A stretch of 64,000 nt of DNA from assembly GCA_965279515.1 (NCBI GenBank), contig CBDIID010000003.1, forward strand, positions 3,616,001-3,680,000. The letters are read 5' to 3'. This DNA is from Turneriella sp. GTDB taxonomy: Bacteria > Spirochaetota > Leptospiria > Turneriellales > Turneriellaceae. Both the position numbers and the translations under genes were made by a program. Positions 1 through 9,263 of this stretch are shown piece by piece. The notes below the pieces were generated by a model. It saw only the letters and a list, made by a program, of their open reading frames with translations, was not told the origin of the DNA and ran no database searches. Every line of letters starts with the position of its first letter. The first letter of the stretch is position 1.

Positions 1-760
1 TCGTGCCATAGCTACGCACGATCTCGTAGGTGAGCAGCGTCCAGCCGTCGACGAGTACGAAAAGAATGATCTTAAACGGCAGCGAGATCATTACCGGCGG
101 CAGCATCATCATACCCATCGACATGAGCACACTCGCGACCACCATATCGATGATCAGAAACGGTATGAAAAGATAGATGCCGATAATAAATGCCTTTTTG
201 ATTTCTGTGAGCATAAACGCGGGGATTAACACCTGCATTGAAACATCATTGATTGTTTTGGGTTTTTCCGATTTACTGAGGCGGATAAACAACGCAATTT
301 CCTTAATGCCTTCACGGCCGATCTGTTTGATCATGAATTTGCGTAACGGCGCACCCGCCTCTTTAAAGAAGTTGGTGTTTGAAATCTTGCCGTCGAGGTA
401 GGGTGTTATGGCCTTGCGGTTCATTTCATCAAAAGTCGGCGCCATGATAAAGAATGTGACAAACAGCGCGAGCGAGACCATGACCTGGTTGGGCGGCATG
501 TTCTGCAAACTGAGCGCGCGCTTCATGAAGTCGAAAACGATGATGATTTTGGTGAACGACGTCAGCATCAGCACGATGGCCGGTGCCAGCGATAAAATGG
601 TCAGTAGCAGCAGAATCTGCAGCGACAGGGCTACCTGCTGCGGGTTCTTTGCCTGTGTGATGTTAAAATCAACGCGCGGGATAGGCACCTGCTGCGCATA
701 GAGTGAATGTGCAGCGAACAGCACCAGGGCAATGACGGCAAGGCGTGTAAGAATCTTCAA
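1..760 (-). CDS. fliP: Flagellar type III export protein FliP (3' end runs off the window)
   Basis: Manual translation from TTG at 760 (TTGA overlap with the fliO stop): ...[47 protein letters not shown]...[26 protein letters not shown], typical FliP motifs; frame open to position 1. Confidence 0.95.
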   Translation of the reverse strand, partial: MKILTRLAVIALVLFAAHSLYAQQVPIPRVDFNITQAKNPQQVALSLQILLLLTILSLAPAIVLMLTSFTKIIIVFDFMKRALSLQNMPPNQVMVSLALFVTFFIMAPTFDEMNRKAITPYLDGKISNTNFFKEAGAPLRKFMIKQIGREGIKEIALFIRLSKSEKPKTINDVSMQVLIPAFMLTEIKKAFIIGIYLFIPFLIIDMVVASVLMSMGMMMLPPVMISLPFKIILFVLVDGWTLLTYEIVRSYGT

Positions 761-1500
761 GATTTATCCCGCCAGTCGTATTTATCGGATTTGAGCTTTC
801 TCAGGCGCTCGAGCGAGCTTTGGCGCTGCGCCTCGAGCGATTCACCGCTATTCGTGATGTCGGGCATCATGAAATTATTAGAATTCTTTTTCCCGAAACG
901 CTCGGTGATATTTGTCTTAATCGCGCGTGAAAGTTCTGTCAAAAAATCGGCCCTCGGCGCCTTGGAATCTTCGGCGCAATCGAGTTTGATGCGGTCGATG
1001 GTGTATTTGTCCGTAACCTCGCTGATGAGCTGGACGGAGTTCTCTGAGACACCCAGGATCATCAGCCGCCCGGCGATTTCGAGAATCTGCAGGCGCTGGT
1101 TCTGCCCCAGCGGAAATTCATAGATGCTGCTGACCGCCGAAAAATTCTGCGTCGGTAGTTCGCGCTTAAACTTATAGAGACGAAAAACGCCATAAAATAT
1201 TCCAAGTAAAACAGCAAGTGTGAGCAGTGTGCGCACGAACTGCCAGAATACCGAAGGTTGTTCTGCGCCGTTTGCCGGGCGATCGGGCGTGCCTTCGAGT
1301 TCTTTCTGCAGCTGCTTTTCGAAGTCGGCGATCGAGTCGTTTTTTTTCTCGCCGTTCTCGGCCTTGCCTTCTGCTGCTTTGGTTTTATTTTCCGCGGGTG
1401 CGGTTTGTTCTTTATTTTCGGTTTTTGCCGCGTCCTGGGTATGCAGCGCCGCGGTAGCTACGAAGAGAGAAACCAGTATGATTGAAATCCCACTACGCAT
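757..1500 (-). CDS. fliO: Flagellar biosynthesis protein FliO/FliZ-like
   Basis: Signal-peptide-like start [10 protein letters not shown] at ATG 1500, one TM helix, then [33 protein letters not shown] (FliO core); directly upstream of fliP. Confidence 0.8.
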   Translation of the reverse strand: MRSGISIILVSLFVATAALHTQDAAKTENKEQTAPAENKTKAAEGKAENGEKKNDSIADFEKQLQKELEGTPDRPANGAEQPSVFWQFVRTLLTLAVLLGIFYGVFRLYKFKRELPTQNFSAVSSIYEFPLGQNQRLQILEIAGRLMILGVSENSVQLISEVTDKYTIDRIKLDCAEDSKAPRADFLTELSRAIKTNITERFGKKNSNNFMMPDITNSGESLEAQRQSSLERLRKLKSDKYDWRDKS

Positions 1501-1641
1501 GCGTTGAAGTACGATGTGACATAATTCAGAACAGCGCGACAAGGAAAAAACCGATATTATACCCTGAAAGGAATTGAGATTTAATAACCACTGCGATCGC
1601 GGAGCTAAAATCGGCAACCCGCAGTGGTTTTTCCTATGGGG

Positions 1642-2579
1642 TCAGCTGATTGTCAGTATTCCTTCAATCACATTGTTCCAGCCGAGACCGATGTTGGTAA
1701 GATTGTAACCACCGCCACCCAACGCTAGCAGGCGGCCGCCCGCATGTTCTGCGGCGAGTTTGGCGAGGTCCAGACCCGCGCGGCGGAACGAGGCCGAGGT
1801 ATATTCCATCTGTGTGATCGGGTCGCCGGCAATCGAATCGGCGCCGCACTGCAGAATAATGAATTCGGGTTGATGCGCTTTGATATGTGTGAGTACATCC
1901 GCCCAGGCGCGGTCGAAATCTTTATCGTTCGCATGCGCGCGCATGGGGATATTCAGCTTCTTGCCTGCCGCATCACCGATGCCGGTCTCGTCGCTGTCGC
2001 CCGTGCCAGGGTAGATGTATTGCTGGTGCATGTCGGCGAAGATGAGGCCGGGATTGTCTTCGAACTCATAATAGACGCCGTCGCCATGGTGTGCGTCGAT
2101 ATCGATGTAGGCGATGCGTTTGAGGTTGTGCTTCGCGAATAAGTTTTCGATGACAATGCCTGCATCGTTGAAAATACAGAACCCGCCCGCCATGTTGCGC
2201 CGCGCATGGTGCAGGCCTGCGATGGGAATAAATGCAGCTTCGGTTTCCCCGGCCATAATCGCTTCGCTGGCGGCGAGTGCGGTGGCGCAGACGGTCAGGG
2301 CCGCTTCGAAACAGCCGGGGAAGGCGGGTGTGTCGCCGCGGTCGAGCAGGCCAAAGCCGCGATCTGATGAACTCTGCACCAGGTGGATGTAGGCCGAGTT
2401 GTGAAACTCCGCCAGTAATTCTGCATCGCCCTCTGCGGGGTCGACGACCGTGGTCTGGCGGGCGAGATTACGTTTTTCAAACTCTTTATAGAAGGCCCCG
2501 AACCGGTAGGTGCTGAAGGGTGGCCGTCGGGAAAGCCGTAGCGGGCAAGCGCTTCCCCTGCATAGACCTGAGTGCGCAT
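1642..2579 (-). pseudogene. Histone deacetylase/AcuC-family protein split by a 1-nt frameshift near 2520
   Basis: C-terminal frame has GLHHA, GGFCIFND, YIDIDAHHGDG, QCGADS and GGGGY; N-terminal MRTQVYAGEALARYGFPDGH (ATG 2579) is in a different frame; a -1 shift at 2520 gives GHPFSTYRFGAFYKEF... continuous with the C-terminal frame. Confidence 0.85.
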
Positions 2580-2659
2580 AGGGCGCGCTCGTTCACCTTA
2601 TGCACAGTGGCAACGCTATTACGGATTTTCAAGGAGTGATTGCCTTTCATAGTGGGCCA

Positions 2660-3277
2660 ATGTCCTCTCCCCAGCGTTATCCCGTGTTAATCATCCAGGG
2701 ATTTCTCGCCCCCACCCTCACGAACTTTGTCCTGAAGACCCGCCTGAAGGCTGAGGGTTTTCTCGCCGAAGATGTGCCGCTCGCAGGCCTCAATGCCGGC
2801 GATATCCGCGAATCGGCGCGCGTCGTCGAAATGAGCGTCAATGCCATGCTGACGCGCGCTGGTACGAAAAAGGTCGACCTGATCGGCATCAGCATGGGCG
2901 GGCTGATCGGCCTGCACTATTTGCGCAAGCTCGGGGGTGACGAATATGTGCGCCGTTTCGTCGCGATCGGTACTCCTTTTAAGGGAACACATTTCGCGCG
3001 GCTGATGAAAGCGCTGACATTCGGGCGCGCGCCCGGCGCCGAGCAGATGATCCCCGGTTCTGATTTTCTCAGCGACCTGCACGACCATGACGGTCAGCAT
3101 CAGGCTGAAATTTACAGCCTGCACACCGATGCGGATGCCTTTGTTTCCGAAACCGCCGCCACGATGGACAAGGTCGAGCTCGTGAAATCGCCGCACGGTG
3201 TCTGGCCCGCAGGGCATTATACGCCGCTTTTTTTGAAAGAAGATTTTAAACTCATTAAGGAAATTCTGCTGAAATGA
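2660..3277 (+). CDS. Alpha/beta hydrolase (lipase/esterase-like)
   Basis: PVLIIQGF, nucleophile elbow GISMGG, IGTPFKGT; likely start ATG 2660 inside ORF 2600..3277. Confidence 0.85.
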   Translation: MSSPQRYPVLIIQGFLAPTLTNFVLKTRLKAEGFLAEDVPLAGLNAGDIRESARVVEMSVNAMLTRAGTKKVDLIGISMGGLIGLHYLRKLGGDEYVRRFVAIGTPFKGTHFARLMKALTFGRAPGAEQMIPGSDFLSDLHDHDGQHQAEIYSLHTDADAFVSETAATMDKVELVKSPHGVWPAGHYTPLFLKEDFKLIKEILLK

Positions 3278-3981
3278 AACTCGAAAAAACCGGCGACCCG
3301 AAGAAAACACCCGCGGTCTTTCTGCACGGTTATGGTGCGCCTCCCAGGCTCTACCTGGACTTTGTCAGGCGCCTCGCGGAAAATTATTATGTCTACGTGC
3401 CTGAAATCTTCGGCATGAACGGTATCTGCCGCCGTGATTTTTTCGGCAACGTCGAAGCTTTGAGCCAAATGATGCGTGAGCATGATCTGGGGCAGAGCCT
3501 GGTTGTCGGCCATTCGTACGGCGCACTTGCGGCGATGCATCTGGCCGCGGAGTTTCCGTCGCTGCAGCGCGCCATCGCTGTAAATCCGCTGCTGCCTGAA
3601 ATTTTTACCCCTGATAAATTCAAGCTGCAGCTCGGTAACATGCAGCGTGACCTGAAATACGCCACGGGTGAGCTGCGCGGTATGCTCGCGAACCCCGGCG
3701 TCGGCATTGCTTATGGCATCAACGTCATTGCAAACCCGCTGGGGTATATCGAAGGCGCGGCGCGTGCCGTCGCGAGCCGGCTGCCTGAAAAACGCAGCGA
3801 GGTTCCCGTCGAACTCGTCTACGCCGATCTCGATACGCTTTTTCATATTGAGAACGACGATCTCTCCAAATGGCGCGGCGTGTTGCCGAAGCTGAAATTC
3901 ACACCGGTACCCGATTACAGCCATAACTGGCTGATCTACCATGGCTCGTATGCCTACGATACGATGAGGGGAATTTTGTGA
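3274..3981 (+). CDS. Alpha/beta hydrolase
   Basis: VFLHGYG and GHSYG motifs; ATGA overlap with the upstream hydrolase. Confidence 0.85.
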   Translation: MKLEKTGDPKKTPAVFLHGYGAPPRLYLDFVRRLAENYYVYVPEIFGMNGICRRDFFGNVEALSQMMREHDLGQSLVVGHSYGALAAMHLAAEFPSLQRAIAVNPLLPEIFTPDKFKLQLGNMQRDLKYATGELRGMLANPGVGIAYGINVIANPLGYIEGAARAVASRLPEKRSEVPVELVYADLDTLFHIENDDLSKWRGVLPKLKFTPVPDYSHNWLIYHGSYAYDTMRGIL

Positions 3982-4445
3982 CCCCACCCCGGCCTTCGGC
4001 CACCCCTCCCCACTAACGTGGAGAGGGGTTTTCGGAAAGTATGGCGATTAAGAACAAAGCCCGCAGTCTTCGAAAGAGTATGACTGATGCAGAAGAGGTG
4101 CTCTGGGAAAAATTGCGAAATCACCGTTTTCATGGTCTTCAGTTTAGGAGACAATATCCGGTTAGTCAGCGATACATTTTGGATTTTTACTGCGCTAAGA
4201 TTAGATTAGGGATTGAGATCGACGGAAAGATTCATGAGGGCAAACATATGAAAAGAAACGACACATTACGCACCGAAAGTCTAAATGCAAAGGGTATTAG
4301 AATTTTGCGATTTTCAAATTCCGAGGTCGTCGAAAAACTTCAGTTAGTTCTAGAGAAGATATTCTCACAGTTTCCCCCCTCTCCACGTCAGCCGTTGGCC
4401 AAGAGGCCACCGGCCTATTGGTGGGGAGGGGGTGAGGGGGTGGGG
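3982..4445. mobile_element. Putative mini-element: DUF559 gene between inverted C-rich/G-rich hairpin repeats
   Basis: Terminal inverted repeat CCCCACCCC (3982-3990) / GGGGTGGGG (4437-4445); internal hairpins at 4003-4028 and 4375-4432; flanking direct repeat (G)TGA at 3978-3981 and 4445-4448. Confidence 0.6.
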
Positions 4446-4448
4446 TGA
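4041..4448 (+). CDS. DUF559 / Vsr-like PD-(D/E)XK endonuclease-domain protein
   Basis: ARSLRKSMTDAEEVLWEKLR...FRRQYPV...YILDFYC...IEIDGKIH...GIRILRFSNSEV matches the DUF559 pattern; AT-richer than its neighbours; the C-terminal tail is read through the right-hand repeat. Confidence 0.9.
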   Translation: MAIKNKARSLRKSMTDAEEVLWEKLRNHRFHGLQFRRQYPVSQRYILDFYCAKIRLGIEIDGKIHEGKHMKRNDTLRTESLNAKGIRILRFSNSEVVEKLQLVLEKIFSQFPPSPRQPLAKRPPAYWWGGGEGVG

Positions 4449-5380
4449 GAAAAACCCTCAAAGCCATCCGCGACAAGTTGCCCTCGGGCGCGCAGATTTC
4501 GGGCGCGGTGCAGGGGGTGATCGGTGACAAGCTGCCGAAGCGCTTCGCTACGGAGATGGCGTTTTATGCCGAAGGTAAGGCACTGCCGGCCGACTATATC
4601 GCCGGCAAAAAACATGCTGTGATCTTTGTGCACGGCAGCGCCGACACCGAACTCGGCTGGAATGTCAAACCCGGTGAAATGAATTTTGCAGAGCGCTTAG
4701 TCCACGACTTTCCGGTTGAGGCGCTCTACCTGCGCTATAACAGCGGCCTCGCGGTGAGCGACAACGGTGAGAAACTCGCCAGGCTGCTGAGCGATTTCGC
4801 CGCCCGCAATAAAGCCCTGCGCAGCCTGACCTTGATTGCTCACAGCATGGGTGGCCTTGTCGTCCACTCGGCGATCTATCACAGCCGGGCCCAGAATAAA
4901 ACCTGGCTTAAAAAACTGAAGCAGGTGTTTCTGCTCGGCACACCGCATGCCGGCGCGCCGCTGGCGCAAATCGCCGAAAAGGGCGAACAGATTCTGCAAT
5001 TTATTCCAAACCCGTTCACGCTGATCGCCGCGTCTGTGATTGGCCTGAGAAGCCGCGGTCTCAAAGATCTCAGCCGCGGGCAAAAGGGTCTACCGGCCGA
5101 GGGCAGCATTCTGCAGCAGGGCGTGAAATATGTATTTATTGCCGGGGGTGTGCAGAAAAAGGCATCGGGGGTGATGAATCGCCTCATCGGTGACGGTATG
5201 GTGCGCAGCCACAGTGCGGTGCAGGGTCAGCAGGGGGATGTCCCCTGGCATAAGCGGGCTCTGCTCTGGCTCAAAAAATCAGCCGATGTCAGGGTCGAGA
5301 ATCTGCCCGGAATCAACCATCTGGCTCTGAGGACATCCCCCCAGGTTTATGCCGTGATACACAGCCACTTCAGCTCGTGA
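4445..5380 (+). CDS. PGAP1-like alpha/beta hydrolase
   Basis: VIFVHGS, YLRYNSG, AHSMGGLV, LGTPHAGAPL, GDGMV and INHLAL motifs. Confidence 0.85.
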   Translation: MRKTLKAIRDKLPSGAQISGAVQGVIGDKLPKRFATEMAFYAEGKALPADYIAGKKHAVIFVHGSADTELGWNVKPGEMNFAERLVHDFPVEALYLRYNSGLAVSDNGEKLARLLSDFAARNKALRSLTLIAHSMGGLVVHSAIYHSRAQNKTWLKKLKQVFLLGTPHAGAPLAQIAEKGEQILQFIPNPFTLIAASVIGLRSRGLKDLSRGQKGLPAEGSILQQGVKYVFIAGGVQKKASGVMNRLIGDGMVRSHSAVQGQQGDVPWHKRALLWLKKSADVRVENLPGINHLALRTSPQVYAVIHSHFSS

Positions 5381-5430
5381 ACCCCGTGTTTTTTTAATTG
5401 ACGCGACTGCCGATCGCCCTGCTTTACGGT

Positions 5431-5760
5431 ATGCTGATTGTCGATAAGCCCTTTGAAAAAGGCATCATTTTGGCCGTCAAAGAGACGCGCATCGACATGT
5501 CGATCTCGCGCAAGTTTCGCGAGCAAGTCGCAAAGTACCTCGAAAAAAAGCCCGCCGTTGTCGTCTTCGATATGCATGAGACCGAGTATCTTGATTCGTC
5601 TGCGTTGGGCGCACTGGTGACGATTCTGCGCGATGTAAAAAATTACGGGGGCGAGATACGCCTCGCGAATCTCAACCAAACATTGAAGACGCTTTTTAAG
5701 CTTTCTAAACTCGAATCGATGTTCAAAATTTTCGAGACCATTGAAGAAGCCGCGAAGTAA
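5431..5760 (+). CDS. STAS-domain anti-sigma-factor antagonist
   Basis: VVFDMHETEYLDSSALGALV phosphoserine motif; likely ATG at 5431. Confidence 0.9.
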   Translation: MLIVDKPFEKGIILAVKETRIDMSISRKFREQVAKYLEKKPAVVVFDMHETEYLDSSALGALVTILRDVKNYGGEIRLANLNQTLKTLFKLSKLESMFKIFETIEEAAK

Positions 5761-6196
5761 AACCGGCACAAACCCAGAGCCCGGCGATATAAGCGCTGCT
5801 GCGGATAACACACCCACTTCCACACAGCTTGCCCAAAAGGCCTGGGTGCGTTATGTCTATATCGGCCTGGGCTGGTTGTCTCTCGCACTGGGGATTATCG
5901 GCGTGGTAACACCGATTCTGCCGACGACGCCCTTTATTCTGCTCAGCGGTTTTTGTTTTGCGCGCGGCAGCGAACGTTTCTACGCCTGGATCATGGCGCA
6001 CAAATATTTCGGGCCGATGATCCGCGCGTTCCGCGACGAAAAACGCATTCCGCTGAAGGCGAAGATTCTCGCAACGGCGATGATTATCGTGACGATGACC
6101 ACGACGGCGGTCATCGTCAGAAAACCGGTGGCGATTATCGGCATGGCCTCGGTGGGCGTCGGCGTCATAGTCTATATCTGGACGTTTAAAAATTGA
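5741..6196 (+). CDS. YbaN/DUF454 family membrane protein
   Basis: LGIIGVVTPILPTTPFILLSGFCFARGSERF...HKYFGP motif. Confidence 0.9.
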   Translation: MKKPRSKTGTNPEPGDISAAADNTPTSTQLAQKAWVRYVYIGLGWLSLALGIIGVVTPILPTTPFILLSGFCFARGSERFYAWIMAHKYFGPMIRAFRDEKRIPLKAKILATAMIIVTMTTTAVIVRKPVAIIGMASVGVGVIVYIWTFKN

Positions 6197-7590
6197 ACTC
6201 GATCGAGAAAAAATTTCACCGGCTCACGAAAGAAAGTTATCCGCGGCTCGTGGCCCTGATCCAGAAGCTCTGCGAGGGCCGGCGTTTTATGCTGCTCAAG
6301 CGCGCGCTCCACGCACTGCATCCCACCTCGCTTGCGCTCTTGTGGGATTCCTTTGATGAGAGCGAGCGCGAAATTATTCTCAGCCAGCTTTCGAGTGAGT
6401 ATGCCGCCGAATTTCTGACGGAGCTGGGCTCAGACGAGCGGACGGCGATTTTCCGCAGCAAAGACACGGCATGGATTTTTGATCGTCTTGAGGAGCTCGA
6501 AACCGACGACATTGCGGGAATTCTGCGCGATTTAAGCCCGCGCGATACAAATTTTATCCTGCGCCGTTTTGATAAAAATTATACCGGCAAAATCCAGGAG
6601 ATCCTGAAATACCCTGAAGGCTCTGCCGGCGCGCTGATGACCTCCGATTTTCTCGCGGTAAGCCGGCAGGCGACGGTCAAGTCGATTGTCAGCCAGTTCC
6701 AGAAACTCGTCAAACACGACCAGTTGGAGGACCTGCAGTTCACCTTCGTCGTCGACCGCGACAATAAATTCCTGGGCTATATTCCGCTCAGGAAACTCAT
6801 TCTCGAAAAATCATCGCGCAAGGCACAGGATATTATGCAGCCTGCACAGGTGATGGTGAACCCCGGTGAAGACCAGGAAGCTGTTGCCCAGATTTTCAAG
6901 GATTATAACCTGTTGAGTTTGCCCGTCGTGGACTCGCGCGGTATTTTGCTCGGGCAGATCACTGTCGACGACGTGGTCGACGTACTCGAAGAAGAGGCCA
7001 CGGAAGATATTCTGCGCCTCGGGGGCGTCACGCAAGATGCGCCGCATGCGCAGTCGCTGGGCAGTATGGCGCGCGGCCGCCTGCCATGGCTCGCGATCAA
7101 TCTTGGCACGCAGGTCTTTGCTGCCTGGGTGGTGACTTTTTTCGACGATACCCTGTCCAAAGTGATTCTGCTGGCGCCGCTCATGACGATCATCGGTGGC
7201 CAGGGCGGCAATGCGACGATGCAGTCGGTGACGGTTGTCGTGCGCTCTCTTGCCCTGGGGCAGGTCAATTCACAGAATGCCGCGCGTGTGATTCTAAAAG
7301 AAATCGGTGTCTGCTCGCTGAATGGCACGCTGATTGGCACACTCGCGGCGCTGGTCGTTTTTGCCTACACGCAGAAGATCCTGCTGGCATCATGTATTTT
7401 CATCGGCATGGTATGCAATACCTTTGTCGCCGGTGTGGTCGGCGCCATGCTGCCCTTGGGGTTGAAGGCGATTAAAATAGACCCGGCTCTGGCGTCGGGG
7501 CCGATTGCCACGACCTTCACCGATATCTGCGGTTTTTCGGTTTTTTTAGGGATTGCAACTGTATTTTTGCATAAATTCGGATCGTTATGA
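6193..7590 (+). CDS. mgtE: Magnesium transporter MgtE
   Basis: N domain, YPEGSAGALMT, CBS pair, RLPWL, GGQGGNATMQS, IDPALASGPIATTFTD. Confidence 0.95.
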   Translation: MNSIEKKFHRLTKESYPRLVALIQKLCEGRRFMLLKRALHALHPTSLALLWDSFDESEREIILSQLSSEYAAEFLTELGSDERTAIFRSKDTAWIFDRLEELETDDIAGILRDLSPRDTNFILRRFDKNYTGKIQEILKYPEGSAGALMTSDFLAVSRQATVKSIVSQFQKLVKHDQLEDLQFTFVVDRDNKFLGYIPLRKLILEKSSRKAQDIMQPAQVMVNPGEDQEAVAQIFKDYNLLSLPVVDSRGILLGQITVDDVVDVLEEEATEDILRLGGVTQDAPHAQSLGSMARGRLPWLAINLGTQVFAAWVVTFFDDTLSKVILLAPLMTIIGGQGGNATMQSVTVVVRSLALGQVNSQNAARVILKEIGVCSLNGTLIGTLAALVVFAYTQKILLASCIFIGMVCNTFVAGVVGAMLPLGLKAIKIDPALASGPIATTFTDICGFSVFLGIATVFLHKFGSL

Positions 7591-8348
7591 GCGTGCTCGA
7601 TAAAATTACGGCAGAAAGTAAAAAACGCGCAGCGGTTTTGCCGCAAATCGCCCTGGTTCCGGAAATCAATCGCGTTGATTTCGCGGCTGCATTAAAGCGC
7701 CGGGGCAAAATGCCGCAGCTGATCGCCGAACTCAAGCGCAAGAGCCCGTCCAAAGGCACCCTGAAAGAAGGTTTGGCCGTTGCCGATGCGGTGAAACTTT
7801 ATGCTCCTTATGCGGCCGCCCTAAGTATTCTCACCGAGCCGGTGCACTTTATGGGTTCCATCGACGATCTCAAAGAAGCGCGAAAGCTGACGGATTTACC
7901 CCTGCTCCGTAAGGATTTTATCGTGGATACAAAGCAGATCGACGAAGCGCGTGGGGCGGGGGCCAGCAGTTTTCTGCTCATCGCCGCATCGCTCAGCGAC
8001 GCAGAACTTACCGCCTTCATCACGCATGGCCGCAGATTGGGCATGGAACCACTTGTCGAAGTATTGACCGAAGAAGAACTGCAGCGCTGCCTGAATCTGG
8101 ATATTAAAATCCTGGGAATCAACAACCGCAATCTGCACACACTGGAAATCGATATGAACCGCTGCGTTACACTTGCCGAAAAAATTCCTGCGCAGAAACG
8201 CGAAGAGCTGGTTCTGGTGGCCGAGTCGGGCTACAATACGCGCGAACAATTACTGGCACTGCCGCACTATTTTGACGCCGTTCTCATGGGCACAGGCTTC
8301 ATGCAGGAAAAAGAGCCTGCCGCGAAGCTCAAAGAAGTTTTCGGCTAG
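7587..8348 (+). CDS. trpC: Indole-3-glycerol phosphate synthase
   Basis: IAELKRKSPSKG, LSILTEPVHFMGS, PLLRKDFI, GINNRNL, VAESG. Confidence 0.95.
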   Translation: MSVLDKITAESKKRAAVLPQIALVPEINRVDFAAALKRRGKMPQLIAELKRKSPSKGTLKEGLAVADAVKLYAPYAAALSILTEPVHFMGSIDDLKEARKLTDLPLLRKDFIVDTKQIDEARGAGASSFLLIAASLSDAELTAFITHGRRLGMEPLVEVLTEEELQRCLNLDIKILGINNRNLHTLEIDMNRCVTLAEKIPAQKREELVLVAESGYNTREQLLALPHYFDAVLMGTGFMQEKEPAAKLKEVFG

Positions 8349-8466
8349 CAGGCTCGCGGAAAAAACTACCGAAAAAGCGAAAAGCCTCGCGATTTGCTAC
8401 CGCAAATCGCTGCTAAAGCGGCCGAAACGGCCTGCTTTTCACTTTTTCGGTTCCGCGAGCCTGCTA
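8346..8466. repeat. Cruciform MITE-like palindromic element
   Basis: Perfect 16-bp terminal IR TAGCAGGCTCGCGGAA / TTCCGCGAGCCTGCTA, an inner imperfect stem and two small hairpins. Confidence 0.75.
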
Positions 8467-8490
8467 AAGAGTTTCCTGAAAGGAAACTCT

Positions 8491-9228
8491 TTAGCTTTCA
8501 GAGCGAAAGTCCAGCTCGAGACCGATGTCGTCGTCGCGCACGAAGCCGTCGGGGTTGATGCCGCGCACACTCTTGAAATTTTCAGTGAACGGTATTTCGA
8601 TGCGCGCGAGTGATTTGCCGTCGACCATGCCAACGCGGAAAAGTGCCGGGTTGATATTTTCAGCCTTGAGCAGTACTAAATTCATCACGAGGCCCAAACC
8701 CTCGCCTTCGGTGTTGTCGGCGTTTTTCATATAGAACGTCGCGAGATCGTCGTAGGTGGCGCCTTCGGCAAGTTTCATGCGTATACGTTCTTCGTCGGTG
8801 GGTAAGATGTCGGCGTCGTTGCGTACTTCAACGCGCATGCCGTCATCGTTATGCGTGAATGCCACCGAGACTTCCATGCCGCGTTGTTTTGCCTTGCGGC
8901 CGTATTCGAGAATCCAGCTTTCGGAAAGCAGTTTTTTGAGGCGTTTCATACCCTCGATATAATCTTCGCGTTCGTTGAATTTCAGCCCTTGCTCTTCAAA
9001 GAATACCTTTTTCGCATTGGCTTTGGTCGCATTGACAACGACTTCTTTGACGCATGAATAGAGCGCAGCTTGTAACGAGGCTTTACCGTATTTTTCGAGG
9101 ATTTTCGCGATCAGGAAGTCGATCTGTTTTTCGACGTTGTCCGTCAGGGAGTGGGTAACGAGCACAAACTTGCGGCCCGCTGCGACACCTGTAACGATCT
9201 GGTCTGTACTTCCGGTTGTGCCCGCCAT
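8491..9228 (-). CDS. Conserved hypothetical protein with a histidine-kinase-like ATPase fold
   Basis: KEVVVNATKAN (N-box-like), VEVRND, TEGEGLGL (G2-like); no sensor or HisKA domain seen. Confidence 0.65.
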   Translation of the reverse strand: MAGTTGSTDQIVTGVAAGRKFVLVTHSLTDNVEKQIDFLIAKILEKYGKASLQAALYSCVKEVVVNATKANAKKVFFEEQGLKFNEREDYIEGMKRLKKLLSESWILEYGRKAKQRGMEVSVAFTHNDDGMRVEVRNDADILPTDEERIRMKLAEGATYDDLATFYMKNADNTEGEGLGLVMNLVLLKAENINPALFRVGMVDGKSLARIEIPFTENFKSVRGINPDGFVRDDDIGLELDFRSES

Positions 9229-9263
9229 CGCCCAGTAGATGCGCTTACCCCGGCGCCGTCAAG

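Noticed and set aside
8173..8633. ORFs 8173..8613 (+) and 8439..8633 (-)
   Set aside because: They overlap trpC, the cruciform element and the 8491 gene; no independent coding evidence.
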